This document shows positions 25,120-38,565 of a stretch of 64,000 bases of DNA, piece by piece. The notes beneath the pieces were generated by a model. It was given only the letters and a program-made list of their open reading frames with translations, made no database searches and had not been told where the DNA came from. A program made the translations under genes and the position numbers. Source of the stretch: Octopus sinensis (Eukaryota); the NCBI RefSeq assembly GCF_006345805.1, contig NC_043001.1, positions 77,562,001 to 77,626,000 of the forward strand. The letters are read 5' to 3'. Position 1 is the stretch's first letter; every line of letters starts with the position of its first letter.

Positions 25120-26812
25120 TGTATTTATGTATGCGTGTATGTATGCACATATGTATATATGTATTATATATGAGTGAATGTATGCATGTATTATATATAT
25201 GTGTGTGTATGTATTTGTGCGTGTGTGTGTGTATGTGCGTGTGTGTATAAGTGTGTGTTTGTAAATGGAACGAACTGGCTTCAATCTAAATCATAACCAT
25301 TACTTCTGTGCATTAGTAATATTACATTGGATGCAAAGCTATGTAATCTAAATACTTCTAATTTACTTGAAACTTTTCTTTGATTATTGCCCAATATTTA
25401 TGTGAATCGTACTTTTTGCACAATTCTATCATTTATTCAGTTTTCTATATTAGCTTCTTGCTTTTTATGAAATACGCCATTTACTTAAAATTATTTTTGC
25501 AAGCTTGAGCGTGCTGTCTAACTCCACTACAGGAACTGGATACTGTAGAATGATAAACGCAAGTGGAATAATAATTAATTATTAATAACACAGAGTTATT
25601 CATAGAAATCATAATCATGAAAATAGTAATCCCCAAAATATGCTAAGTAGTACATTAATGATCATTATTGTCATGGAATTCATTGGTGTTACATAACTGA
25701 TACAAGCAATTTACATTTAAATCTTCTAGCGATACACTCTTTGTAAATCATTTAGGAATATCACAGATGAACTTGCTACATCTTTTCTCAGTACTTTCCA
25801 GCAAACGTAATTAAAATGTGAATGGGAAAGCTCTGCTCTTTCACAGAGAGCACTCAGGAGTACTCAGGCTAAAAGGGTAAAAAAGGTAAAAACAATAAAT
25901 TCGTACAAATAAAGGTCACAAAACCAGCTGAAATATCTGCAGACAGATCAAGCCATTTCTCAGCGTAGACTACAGATATTGTGCTAAAGTTGTATCGAAA
26001 TAAATTTGCGATGTTGAATAATGTGTTTCACTCTACATTACAATTAGGCACACTATACTCAAGAAACTTTAAGGGTGAAAATAGTAGAATACAAGAACAA
26101 TCATTTATCATATTTAATCAAAGCAATTTTTAGAGCTGAAATCAACCTTCAATAAATTTTATTTATTACTAACACTGAATCTATAAAATAAAAGTACCAG
26201 CTATGTGCTGGTATCGTGTCGTAGCAACGAGAATATTTCATTGAGGCATAACATTGAATGTGAAATGAGCTAACGAGAAAGCTTGCTCCTGCTCTAAAAA
26301 AATATCCATAACTTTCTCCTTTACACTTTTGTTTCTTAAGAACAAAAAGAAAGAAAAGGAGATATTTTAGGTTGTTATATGTTGGATTTGTCTGGAAAGA
26401 AACAAAGAAATCAAAAGAAACAATATAAGACTAATTTTTAAAAAAGCAACAAAAAAAAAATGCTGTTGGTCACAGCTGCAATGCCGGTGTTAGTAAGTCT
26501 GCTAGATTATAGCTTACCAGGGTCTGCCAACAATAACGACTGCGACAGCAATAGTATTACCAAAAGATCAGGTGAATTGTGACAAATTTAGACAGAAGTA
26601 TCGGTCAACGTACGTGCACACTCACATATATATACATACACACACGCGCACACATATATACATATGTATATATATAAACACGCACACACACAAACACACA
26701 CACACACACACACACACATACACATATATATATATATATAATATATGTATATAATAGATATACATATATATTTATGCATATATATGATATATATATACAT
26801 ACACACACACAC

Positions 26813-26843
<31 letters not shown>

Positions 26844-26944
26844 CACACACTTACACACACATATATAAACATTTATCCATACATGTATATACATATATAC
26901 TTACGTATGTGTATAAAAGTATAACATGAACGACATAAGGATTT

Positions 26945-26979
<35 letters not shown>

Positions 26980-26980
<1 letters not shown>

Positions 26981-27450
26981 AAGACTAATATTCGGTAATG
27001 GAACTAAGATAAGAGAATTACACCAAAGGCAGATTATAAAGATATTTAGAAATTAGTAAACAAGATATAAAACAACACATTTACAAATGAAAGAAAAGAT
27101 TAAGATAGACTATTGTAGACGTATTAGATTAATACTTAAAAAGAGCTAAGTATCGAAAGTAAAGTAAGAGGCATCAATTCCCTAGCAGTTTCATTAATAA
27201 TATATGATATTTAAAAAGTTATATTCTCAACTGACATTTAAATGAATTAACAATAATCAGCAGGAAAGCAAGAAACGTAATCACATATTTTTAAATACAT
27301 TTTCCAAAAGTCTACTCCGATTATTTTTAATACACAAAAGCTAAATGGCAGCGGCCTTCTGTAGATTGCAATCTTTCAAAAATATCTTAGTAAGAAAATA
27401 AAGGAAAACTAATCTGATACATAGAATAATACATTTGAAGACAGTTGTGA
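26980..27450 (+). mobile_element. Degenerate R4/Dong-like RT-thumb fragment
   Basis: KEKIKIDYCRRIRLILK...KVRGINSLAV, homologous to 28830-28930. Confidence 0.6.
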
Positions 27451-27584
27451 ATAGGATGGTGAAACAGTAACATAGGATATTCATAATCTAAACACCTAAA
27501 CTTATATGTTGCTACAAAATGTCATGCTTAGTGGGTGTCGAAGAAATGTCCTTAGTGTCCTTAGCAAATTTGAAGAAAAAAACA

Positions 27585-27619
<35 letters not shown>

Positions 27620-27621
<2 letters not shown>

Positions 27622-28125
27622 TAGATACGAATAGGTCAGACATCATATTGAAAAACTTCAGACAAAAATCCTGCCTCCTCGTTGATATGACTGTCCCAAT
27701 CGATATAAACGTATATGTCAAGACCTACCAAAAACTAAGCAAATATACAGATCTTGAAATAGAAATTAGCAAAATGTGGAACCTGAAGACTAAAATAATA
27801 CCTGTGGTCATAGGTGCCCCGGGAATGATAGCAAAATGGGCTGACTGCTACCTAGCTCAGATACCAGGAAACCCCAAAATGGCAGAAACTCAAAAGATAG
27901 TACTCATGGGAACTGCACGAATCCTACGCAAAATTCTTTCTCCGTAATATCAAGTTTTAAAACAATTTTCGTATGTTTTTTGACATACAACACTAAGTAC
28001 AAAACCAAATATATGGCATCCTAGGCATAACACCAACATGAACTTCCAGCTTGTTGTCTCTTGAGGTCTTGGGTGAGACTTGGAGCCAACTTGTACAAAT
28101 ATAAAGCAAAAGTCGACATAAAATA
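27620..28125 (+). mobile_element. 5'-truncated R4/Dong-like REL endonuclease end
   Basis: NRSDIILKNFRQKSCLLVDMTVPID...KLSKYTDLEIEISKMW...IPVVIGAPG...GTARILRKILSP*; (AAT)n on both sides. Confidence 0.85.
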
Positions 28126-28261
28126 ATAATAATAATAATTATAATAATGATATGAATAATAATAATGATAATAACAATAATAATAATATTAATAATAATA
28201 ATGATGATATCAACAACAACAACAACAACAACAACAATAATAATAATAATAATAATACTAA

Positions 28262-28731
28262 TTGGTATAAGAGATGGGCTACAGCAAATATTCAGCTCAA
28301 TGCCACAGATTTGCTTGTCATTTGTTTGACATTAACCAGTTGAGCATGTCCCTTGGTGGTTGACGATATGTGCATCTCTGATCATGAGATGAAGTGGTAG
28401 GGGGCATCATAGCCTTGTGTTGAGAGGAATTCTTTGGGGTTTGAATAATTCACCTTTAGAAACATGGGTGTTTCGTTCAACATCCTTAAACAAACATTAT
28501 TCAGGGACCTTTTGAGCGGGATGGGCTACTCGATTCGAGGACAATTCTACCTGAGCCCCAAATGCAAGGTCATACGGTGTTCATCTTGATATGAGATCAC
28601 TATGTCAGACACATGGTTGTGGTGCAATTGCCTGGTGTACCCTTATCAGAAGGGTATTCATGTTGGGTATCCTGAGCTTCGTATATTTGTGTTCCAGTGT
28701 CATTTTGATGGCGTGCACTGCTTTCTCATTC
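28262..28731 (+). mobile_element. Family D element, copy 6 (5'-truncated)
   Basis: Starts TGGTATAAGAGATGGGCTAC, ends CTTTCTCATTC(AAT)n. Confidence 0.8.
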
Positions 28732-28772
<41 letters not shown>

Positions 28773-28775
<3 letters not shown>

Positions 28776-30200
28776 AGCCAAAATACAAATATTTAGGAAT
28801 CAATGAACTATAAACGATATAACACGCACAAATGAAAGAAAAGATACTACAGACGAGTTAGGTTAATACTGAAAACAGAGATCAATGCGGAAAACAAGAT
28901 AATATGTCAATACTCTAGCCGTTACAGCTACAATAATCTTAACTGGACTCTAAATGAACTAATCAAAATACACATAAAAACAATAAAGATGATGAGAGGA
29001 TTTAGGATGCACCACCCAAACACTGAGAAAGAAAAGTTATATATGCAACGTATCGAAGGTGGTAGAGGCCTCATACAACTAGAAAACTATTACAAAGTAA
29101 CTACCATAGAACTACAGAAATGCTTACCTCTGAAGCAAGGAAACCTAATACAAATAGCTACAATATATGAACAAAACAAAAAGCTGTTTTCAGTCTTTAA
29201 AGAAGCCGACAAATACAAAAAAGAAGTCATAGTACCTAACAAATATGAAGAAATGTAAAAGAAACAACATGATCTGTCTGTAAAACAACTGAAATTCAAA
29301 CTGAAACTGGAACAGCAATGGATTATGAAAAAACGATGGCAAGAAAAGCTCCTTCATGGCAAATACTGGGTTAAAATAAACAGAAAAGAATTAGACAAAG
29401 CAAAATCCCAAAATGGCTGAGAAGCTCAGAACTCAAACAGAGACCGAAGGATTTTTAATTGCAGCAAAAGCCTAAAATTTTCCAACCAGAAATTACTAAA
29501 AATATGTAATGAAAAGAAATACAAGTTACTGCAGAATATGCGGAGATGAACAAGAAACAATAAATCATGTTGTCTTTGGCTGCCCAGTCCTGGCTAAGAA
29601 GGAATATATTCACAGATACGACAGAAGTGAGACTTATGTACACTGGAATCTATATTAACTTTGTGAAATAACAACAGAAAAAAAGATGGTATAGGCACAC
29701 GCTAGAAAAGGTCACAGAAAATAAGAAAGCAACCATACTCTGGGATATGCCAATACACACAGATAGAGAAATGAAGGTCTATAGGCAGGATATAGTTTCA
29801 GCTATCACCAAGAAAAAAAAATGCTTTCTAATCGATGTATCAATACCAACAGATAACAATGTTCCTCTGAAAGAAACGGAGAAACTTTCAAAATACAAAG
29901 ACCTGGAAACAGAGGTAACTCGAATGTAGAGAGTAAAAACATAGACAATTCCTATCATGGTAGGCGAATTTGGCATGATAAATTTGTTTTCAAAAACAAA
30001 TGCATAACGAAAACACGAGAACTAACAAGTATATATTACCTACAGAAAATAGCACTACTAGGCACCGCACACATCCTACGTAAAACACTTTCAATACAGT
30101 AAAAATAAGAGCATTACAACAAAACACTACACATACCCAGATCACACAGAGCTGTGCTCGGTAGTACAGTGAAACCACGTGATAAGAATAAGACTACTGA
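28773..30200 (+). mobile_element. 5'-truncated R4/Dong-like LINE (RT thumb + CCHC + REL + 3' UTR)
   Basis: KYLGIN; LYMQRIEGGRGLIQLE; LHGKYW; LWDMPIHTDRE; CFLIDVSIPTDNN...KLSKYKDLE; LGTAHILRKTLS; (AAT)n on both sides. Confidence 0.85.
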
Positions 30201-30209
30201 ATCATCATC

Positions 30210-30246
<37 letters not shown>

Positions 30247-30254
30247 CAATCTTC

Positions 30255-30450
30255 ATAAAGGTTTCAAATTTTGGTATAGGCCAGCAGTTTCGGGGATGGG
30301 ATGTCGATTCCAACTGTGGTTATCAAATAATACTTCTTTTATCGACCACAAAATGATGAAAGACAATGTCTCCTTTGTCGGAATTTGATCTCAGAACGTA
30401 AGAAAGGACGAAATGCCGCTAAGCATTTTGCGAAGCGTGCCAACGAACTC
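30255..30450 (-). mobile_element. SINE A
   Basis: TTTATCGACCACAAAATGATGAAAGAC...CTCAGAACGTAAG...GAAATGCCGCTAAGCATTTTGC. Confidence 0.7.
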
Positions 30451-30540
30451 CTCCCCATCCTCCACCACCACCTCCTCCACCACCTCCTCTTCCACCACCT
30501 CCCCCTCGTCCACCACCTCGTCCACCTCCTCCTTCTCTTC

Positions 30541-30582
<42 letters not shown>

Positions 30583-31271
30583 TTACTACTACTACTACTT
30601 TTACTAGTCTTTATTAACATCGTTCTCTCACTACCGAATAGAACATATTTTTATTCTCATTTTTTTCAACCTCTCAAACTCTTACCCTAATAAAAGAACC
30701 TCAGAAATTGTTGATCTAAGGGGAAGTACCCACCTCAGCCAAGTGGGTTTAGTAAAGCTATGTCCCTTCTTGCAGGTCAGAGTCTTGGTCTATGATGGGA
30801 ACTTTTCGATTTTTTTGCAAACATATAAGAAGAAATAAAGCTTGTTATTTTAAAATTCTTTTTATTGCCGGGCAGTTTATTGTCTTTTAACATAAAGCTA
30901 TTAATATGATTGCATATTTCCCCCAAAATTTGAAATTTCATAACCTGAACTAGATGTTATAATTACGCGTGTATATGTATCTATTACGTATGTACACACA
31001 CGTATGTGTATTTATACATAATTTTATTTCTTTTCCACTATACTCTAATAAATCATATTGTGTCCACACTTGTTTATGTTATAAATATATATATATATAT
31101 ATATACATAAGGATTGTTATATATATATATATATAACAATCCTTATCTATCGTAAGAGTTACGCGAAATACTTGGTAGCTACGGAAAATGGTTTAAGCAG
31201 TACTTTAAATATCTATGTACTGCATTTATTTTGAGTACTTCTTTTTATTTTTCTAAACACAAATTCACAAC

Positions 31272-31358
<87 letters not shown>

Positions 31359-31395
31359 GTCTGTCTGTCTGTCTGTATGTCTGTCTGTCTGTCTC
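31272..31395. repeat. (TATC)n(TGTC)n microsatellite with no adjacent LINE
   Basis: Direct reading. Confidence 0.95.
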
Positions 31396-31416
31396 CTTGC
31401 TTGCCTACCTAGCTGA

Positions 31417-31456
<40 letters not shown>

Positions 31457-32794
31457 TTCGTTCTGTCTCGTTATTCTTAGGTAGATATTTCCTGGCAATC
31501 CCAGTATGAGGAATACATTAGACATATACCTCTGTTCACTTTCCTGTATGCACATTTCAGCGTATACTTTCACTATTACTGACATTTCATTTTGAAAGTC
31601 TCGTACAATTTGCTGATAATTTTTCTTTCTATGTTTTTCTTGTTTATTTACCTTCAAAATATCCTCAACAGATTTCGTCTCATCGTTTTTTCGAAATATT
31701 CTTTAAATATATACGACTTCCAGAATATCGTTTTAGATATTTGGTCGCAGACTTCTTTCAAAAATATCCTTTGAATCTTTCGTTTCAGCATTCTTTCAAG
31801 TAAATATCCCTTAAACGTATATCTATTCCGATGTATATCGTTTGAAACATTCTGCCTGGGCATTTTATCAAAATACCATTTCAATATATCGTCTCGGTGT
31901 TCTTTCAAAAATATGATATATAACATCAAAACCATCGTTTTCAATACACAGAACCAACAATCAGTAATGTATCCAAACATGAAGTATAACCAAAAATAGA
32001 GAACCACAAATATATTTGTGGTTCTTTATTATTAGTTATAACCAATAATTCCGAACAGTGTATATAACAAAAGATGAACACTTTCCTTATATCTTGGTCT
32101 GATCTCACAACCTTTTTTCCTATCGCTCACCAACACTTTTTTTTTATTGATGTTTCTATACTCTTAAATATCTGTTTACTGCTATAAGATTCGCATTTTG
32201 CCACACTACCTTTATGCCTTTTGAAGAGAAAATCCGGTGCTTCACTGCTTCCTGTTTGAACATATTAATGTTTCCTGTTTACGTGTTGATAATAATTTCT
32301 GCTTCTTTGTTGTGTAATTACTGCAGCTCTATGCACACCCATCTGAGTAATTCTCATTATTATACCAGCCATCGCTGAACTTTTGAAACAGATGTAAAGA
32401 TCTATCTAGAAATACATTTTTATTCAACAAATGCACTTACGTTTACATTTGTTAAACAACTTATATAAATCATATACATGATATAATGCCATATATAAAG
32501 GCTTGTCTGGATTTTGTCTCTCTGTAAACGAACAAAACAAATAGAAACCAATACTCTAACACTAAAACTTAATTTCTAACCACAATTTCAATACAAATAG
32601 CCCGAGAAATGAACAAAAGCAAAGTAAAAAAAAAAAAAATGATGAGGTGACAAGAGAGACAGACAACAAGAGAAGATAACTCAAGAATAATACAACTATG
32701 AACTAAATAAGTATTCGAAAACAAACAATGACCGCAGTAAATATAGAACACTTCAATTCGAAAACCCATTGGCATAGGTTTTATAAAGTCGCAG

Positions 32795-33030
32795 GTATGG
32801 CTGTATGGTTAACAAGCTCACTTTGCAACTATTTAATTTCGAGTTGCAATCTCAATGCGCGCCACCTTGCGCAGATGGCTTCTACAGTAGTCTCGGGCCA
32901 ACCGACGCCTTGTGAGTTCACATGGTTGATGGAGTCTGTGAGTCTGTGAGGAATCCCGTTATATATATATATGTTTGTGTGTATGTGTGTGTAGCTCCGT
33001 CTGTAACTCAGTGCTTGTGTTTGCATCCTA
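32795..33030 (+). mobile_element. Degenerate SINE B
   Basis: GCAGGTATGGCTGTATGGTTAAC...TCTACAGTAGTCTCGGGCCAACCGACGCCTTGTGAG. Confidence 0.6.
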
Positions 33031-33479
33031 CAATCACGTGATGACCAGTACTGGTTTCTTTATGTCTATGTAACTTAACAGATCAACGAAAGATACTGAT
33101 AGAATTAGTACTAGACTTGAAAAGTAATTACAAAGGTCAACTTGTTCGACAAAATACCCCAATGTGGTGCTCCAGTATATTTCTAGAATAAAAAATGACA
33201 CAAGTGAAGATAGAATATAACACAAAAAACTGTCTTTCAAACTGAATATTTCAATTATTATTTCCTTTATGTATATTTTTGTACTTGGTCCATCAGTGTA
33301 TGTAAATGATGTTGTATTGTGAGCAATTGCATCCTCTCACCTTTGTTGCTTATCTATTGTTCACCATACATGTATTCCTTTAACAATACTTATTGTTCAT
33401 TTCTAAACCATTTCCCAATGTTTTTTCATAATATGGCAGTGGATCTATTGTGTTTGTCATGTACTACTTCCTGTCAGGC

Positions 33480-34340
33480 TGTTTCTATTCTGTCTCCCTA
33501 TCACTCCTTTATGCAGCTCTCTGGCACAAGAGGAACACTGGTTTCGGTGGACTCCGCCGAAGAAGGCCTCATGGTTCGACGAATGAGGAAAAAGACGGAT
33601 GCAGCAACGTATTGGGGTGTGTAGAGAGCAAAATGAGTCAAGTAATACATGTTGATCATCTACAGAATCTGTTTCCGTCCCCACTCGTCGTCAGCTGATC
33701 TTACCATTGGATTAAAGATGGTCCCGGATGAGAGAGCGGTATTGACGATGTTCAACTCTTCCTCACTGCTCAAGTCATCAGTCACCCTCAAGATGGTCCT
33801 CATCGTTCAGACGGACAATCATGGAGCAAGAACCATCAATATTCTATTCGTTATATCACCACACTCAACGCACGATACTTCTGGTCAATCTCATTATTAT
33901 TATACAGGTGGCTTTAAGGCGGCGAGCTCGCAGAATGGCTAGCACGTCGAGCGAAATGCTTAGCGGCATTTCGTGTCTCATCGTCCTGACTTCAAATTCT
34001 TCCCATTTTGCCTTTCATCCTTTCGGGGTTGATAAATTAAGTACCAGCTGAGTAGTGGGTCGATATAATCGACTAGTCCTCTTGCCCAAAATTTCAACCC
34101 TTGTGCCTATAGTAGAATTGATTATTTAGTTGGCTACATTGGACCACATTGGACCTACTCTCTACCCTCACCTCTTGTACTGTCCGTCAGCATTCTGTAT
34201 CAATTCCAGTATACTCCTTTCGTTTTCTTCTACAGGTCTCTCATCCACTTGTCATCACTCTAACTCTTGGGTCACATTGATAATCACTACTATCACCTCT
34301 CCACCAGCATTCTTTAACTGTTATGGCCATTCTGGAAAAA
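33480..34340 (-). mobile_element. Highly degenerate L1/Tx1-like ORF2 remnants split by a SINE A
   Basis: Minus frame SSEEELNIVNTAL ~ SSYEHIELVGETL, YVAASVFF ~ YIASVIEY (GCATCCGTC shared) and VPLVPESC ~ VPMVRRSIC of the 46-49 kb element; RSILELIQNADGQ ~ TIKSLIDEQG; compared by eye only. Confidence 0.4.
33917..34125 (+). mobile_element. SINE A
   Basis: AAGGCGGCGAGCTCGCAGAATGGCTAGCACGTCGAGCGAAATGCTTAGCGG... Confidence 0.8.
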
Positions 34341-34871
34341 GCAAACAGCAGAAGTATAGACTGAAGCATGATGAAACACCGGCTACGAGGGCTAGAACAT
34401 CTCGATAGAATGAAAGATTAGAGACTTCATTGTTAAATCTTCTTACGTGAACTAACAACCGGAAAATCACCACATGTATGTACTTTCCGACGTTACAAAG
34501 ACGAGCTCAAACAGACATAGGAAACCTTTTTCAAGAAGATGTCTGCATGAGTCATGAATTTTATCAGAAAAGGTGGCAGCGCACTACTATCTTTGTTTAC
34601 TGACTGCTTTACACTAGATTGGCTTTCTCACTCATCAATACAATAAACATGGAGGAGGAAACGGCTAATCACCAGAAACTTCTCGAACACGATGTATATA
34701 CAAACATACATATATAAATACACACACACACACATGTACCACAAATGCACTTCTGCACATGCACATGTATACAAACGTATATATATATATATTATATATA
34801 GATATATACACACACATACCTATATATATATTTATTATATATGTATATATGTATGTATATATATATATATA

Positions 34872-34903
<32 letters not shown>

Positions 34904-34939
34904 ATGTTTTTTGTAAGATATGCATATAAATATGCCTCA

Positions 34940-34979
<40 letters not shown>

Positions 34980-35632
34980 ATGTATATAGAGATACACACA
35001 TATATATACGGGTGTCTCCAGGAGTGTACGTTTTTCTTATCAGTATTTATATGTCTATATAAATATGCATATAAAATCTCTCATGTGCATTTCTATTATC
35101 TCAAACTAGTATACATATGTATATCATGTATATTTGAATGTGTACAAACGCCACATCTATATATGCGTATGAAATGAATGTGCATGAAGGTATGTACGAA
35201 GTTATGTGAGCGTTCGTATAGTGTATGCATTAGGGTGTATTCAAGTCATTTCTTCAAATTTGGCCAGTGGCTGGATGTTAACATCATTCTGACACTGCAG
35301 AAATGTGGTTACGTAATCTCCAGCAGGCTCAGGTGGCGGAAAAGATCAAAAGAGACACTTCAGCATGTTCTCACCATTTGTATTCCCTTATTCTCCATAG
35401 GAAATATACTTTAATATACACAAACGTACATGTGCAAAACAACCGTTCATTCACACATTATGATACTAATATACATAGGATTAATTACATATATGTATGT
35501 CTATATACATGTATGTATGTATGCATATATATATATATATTTATATACGTGCTTGTGTGTGTATGGGTATCGACTCACATATATAAATAAATGTTTGCAT
35601 ACATATATATTATACATAAGTGATATACATTG

Positions 35633-35684
<52 letters not shown>

Positions 35685-35787
35685 TATATATAGGGCGAGA
35701 GAGAGGGACAGAGAGATAAAGTATATGTTAATATATATACATATACTTACATATATATACATATAATACACATAACATATATATATA

Positions 35788-35826
<39 letters not shown>

Positions 35827-36185
35827 CATATGTTGGTGTATGTATCAATATTTATGTGGGGCACATATACTTTGTATTGTGCGGAGTGGGTTATATGCAA
35901 AACACGAAATGACAGCTTGAAGCCAGAAGCCATAAGACGGCAGCAATACCTAAACTTCAATAACGAACGAATACTCGGTATTTCGGTATTATTACATAAG
36001 CACATTGAACTAAAATATTCCGAAGAAGAACTGAATATTGACTGAATCCTCGTTGATATGTTAATACCATATTATGTTTCATAAATATTTTGTGATAGCA
36101 TTACATCATATTCATATCAGGTGCGCATATGTACATACAACTATATTTCTCTCCCTCTCTCTCTCTGTCTACATGTGTACATATA

Positions 36186-36230
<45 letters not shown>

Positions 36231-36383
36231 TGTGTGTATCTGTGTAATCTTGTATGTGTATGTAAAAGTATAGCCACATGCCACATACATGTATGTGGAC
36301 TCATTCGCCCACAGAATCAGAAACACGTGTACATACGTATTTGTCTCTCGCCCTCTCTCTTTGTCTTTGTGTTGGTTGTGTAT

Positions 36384-36438
<55 letters not shown>

Positions 36439-36759
36439 TCATATGCATATATACATATATATGTATACATGCATACACACACGCACACACACATATATAT
36501 ATGAATGTATGTATGTATGTATGCGTATATTAATATATATATATATATAGTATATATATATATATATATATAACATATATATACATATATATATATATAC
36601 ATATACATGTAGACGTATTTGAATACAAAACGTCATAACTAGCAGTGGTGAGTCTGGATTCTATGGAAATTTTTTAGAGATATGTATATATGTACGTATG
36701 TACGCATGTATGTACATATATGTATATATAGGTGTGTGTGTTTACCATATGTATTTATA

Positions 36760-36781
36760 TGCATATTCACATACATACATT

Positions 36782-36812
<31 letters not shown>

Positions 36813-37426
36813 CGTTAAATAGAGATAGAGTTAGTCAGATAGTTGGATAGATAGATACATAGATAGACAGAGAGAGAGAGAGAGAGGGGGGGGGGAGAGA
36901 GAGAGGGGGAGAGAGAGAGAAAGAGAAAAAAGAAGAAAGACAGTCGGACAGAGCGACTGACAGACAGTGGAAGAGAGAATTTTAAAGTTGGATATATCCA
37001 ACTGATAGGAGCCTATATTTATTGTTTTCATTATTTAATCTCTAAAGGGTAGGGAGTTGGCCAAAACGTTAGCACGCCAGGGAAAATGCTTAGCGGCATT
37101 TCGCCAGTCTTCTCGTTGTGCTTAAATTACGCCGGGGTCGATTTTGCTTTTCATCTTTCGAATGTCAATAAAAGTTTAGCACTGGGGTCGATGTGATCAC
37201 CTTACACACTCTTCCGAAATTACTGGCCTTGTGCTAAAATTTGAAATCATTATTTAACTCCTGATGTTTTTTTTTCTGTCTTATTAACCTTTGGCTATAT
37301 ATATATATATCTATATATCTATATCTATATATATATATTATATATATATATATAATATATATCTATATCTATATCTATCTATGTATCTATCTATCCAACT
37401 ATCTGACTAACTCTATCTCTATTTTA

Positions 37427-37517
<91 letters not shown>

Positions 37518-37538
37518 AATGTATGTATGTGAGTATGC
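36760..37538. repeat. Inverted duplication (arms ~36760-36867 and 37372-37538) enclosing a SINE A
   Basis: ATCGTTAAATAGAGATAGAGTTAGTCAGATAGTTGGATAGATAGATACATAG recurs as a reverse complement; identity extends through the (CT)n tract to GCATA(T/C)TCACATACATACA. Confidence 0.85.
37050..37250 (+). mobile_element. SINE A
   Basis: GAGTTGGCCAAAACGTTAGCACGCCAGGGAAAATGCTTAGCGGC...GGGGTCGATG. Confidence 0.7.
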
Positions 37539-37569
37539 CTATAATATATATATTATATATATATTATAT

Positions 37570-37647
<78 letters not shown>

Positions 37648-37665
37648 GTTATATATATATATATG

Positions 37666-37730
<65 letters not shown>

Positions 37731-38111
37731 AAAATAAAGTACATAGTGGTTACAACTGAGCACAGGATGTGTTGAGTTGACGGGTGTTTTCTCGAGTCTT
37801 CTTCTCGATGTCCAATAATCTGTACAACCAGTAAATCAGAAGACATTGACAGTAATACACTTCAGAAACGTTGGCCAGTTGAAGTGCCATGGGCCTTCAG
37901 CATGTGACTGTTAAGTGTCAGTGGATGACACTTTCGGTGTTTCTCCTAGCTTCACATGTAACCTTAGGTTTCGGTGGATATGGTTTCGTTTATCAAAAAT
38001 CATACATGTATTTCGACAAATTAACTGCCAAGATTACTGCTTGTTGAGGGATTTCGATGTTTGGTTTGTTCCAGACGGGAACAATAATAGCAAACTCCGT
38101 CTGATAAAGGT

Positions 38112-38425
38112 CTTCAACGAAAAAACAAGTGTTTAGGGATGTTGGTTGTAATGCAGTGTTATGTATATTTATAATCAGTGAAAATATCGAGAAAATGTAA
38201 GGAAGGAAGAGAACTTACAATGTTTTCTGAATGAAGCTTCAGAATCTGGTTGAGGAGAGATAAGCGTTTGTGATGAGAGATATATAATGCCTTTTTTATT
38301 AGCAGAGTTGAAATGACGTATGTATGTATATATATACATACAGGAAGTGAGCAAGGAACGAGAGAGGTAATCACGTTTACTTCCTGTTAACAAACGAGAC
38401 GTCTAATCTCGTTGACTTCCTGTTA
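38112..38425 (-). promoter_or_regulatory. Candidate promoter / first exon / short intron
   Basis: Three ETS-type GGAAGT sites (38341, 38379, 38415); minus-strand GTAAGT donor at 38218; CTAAAC, pyrimidine tract and AAG acceptor ending at 38112. Confidence 0.3.
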
Positions 38426-38494
38426 AAAATAGAAAAAAAATCGAACGGGGAAGAGTTCAGAATATAGCAACGGCATTGCGTGGATAGTACAAAC

Positions 38495-38565
<71 letters not shown>

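Noticed and set aside
25300-26570. Repeat-poor stretch with possible micro-exons (e.g. acceptor near 25845, donors near 25876 and 26493)
   Set aside because: Isolated splice-like motifs with no recognisable coding content; expected by chance at this length
33520-33810. Minus-strand ~100-codon frame with one stop removable by a 45-nt GT-AG intron, or with MFS-like motif (DDEWGRK)
   Set aside because: The intron would be very short, and several segments align better to the Tx1-like ORF2 in this window
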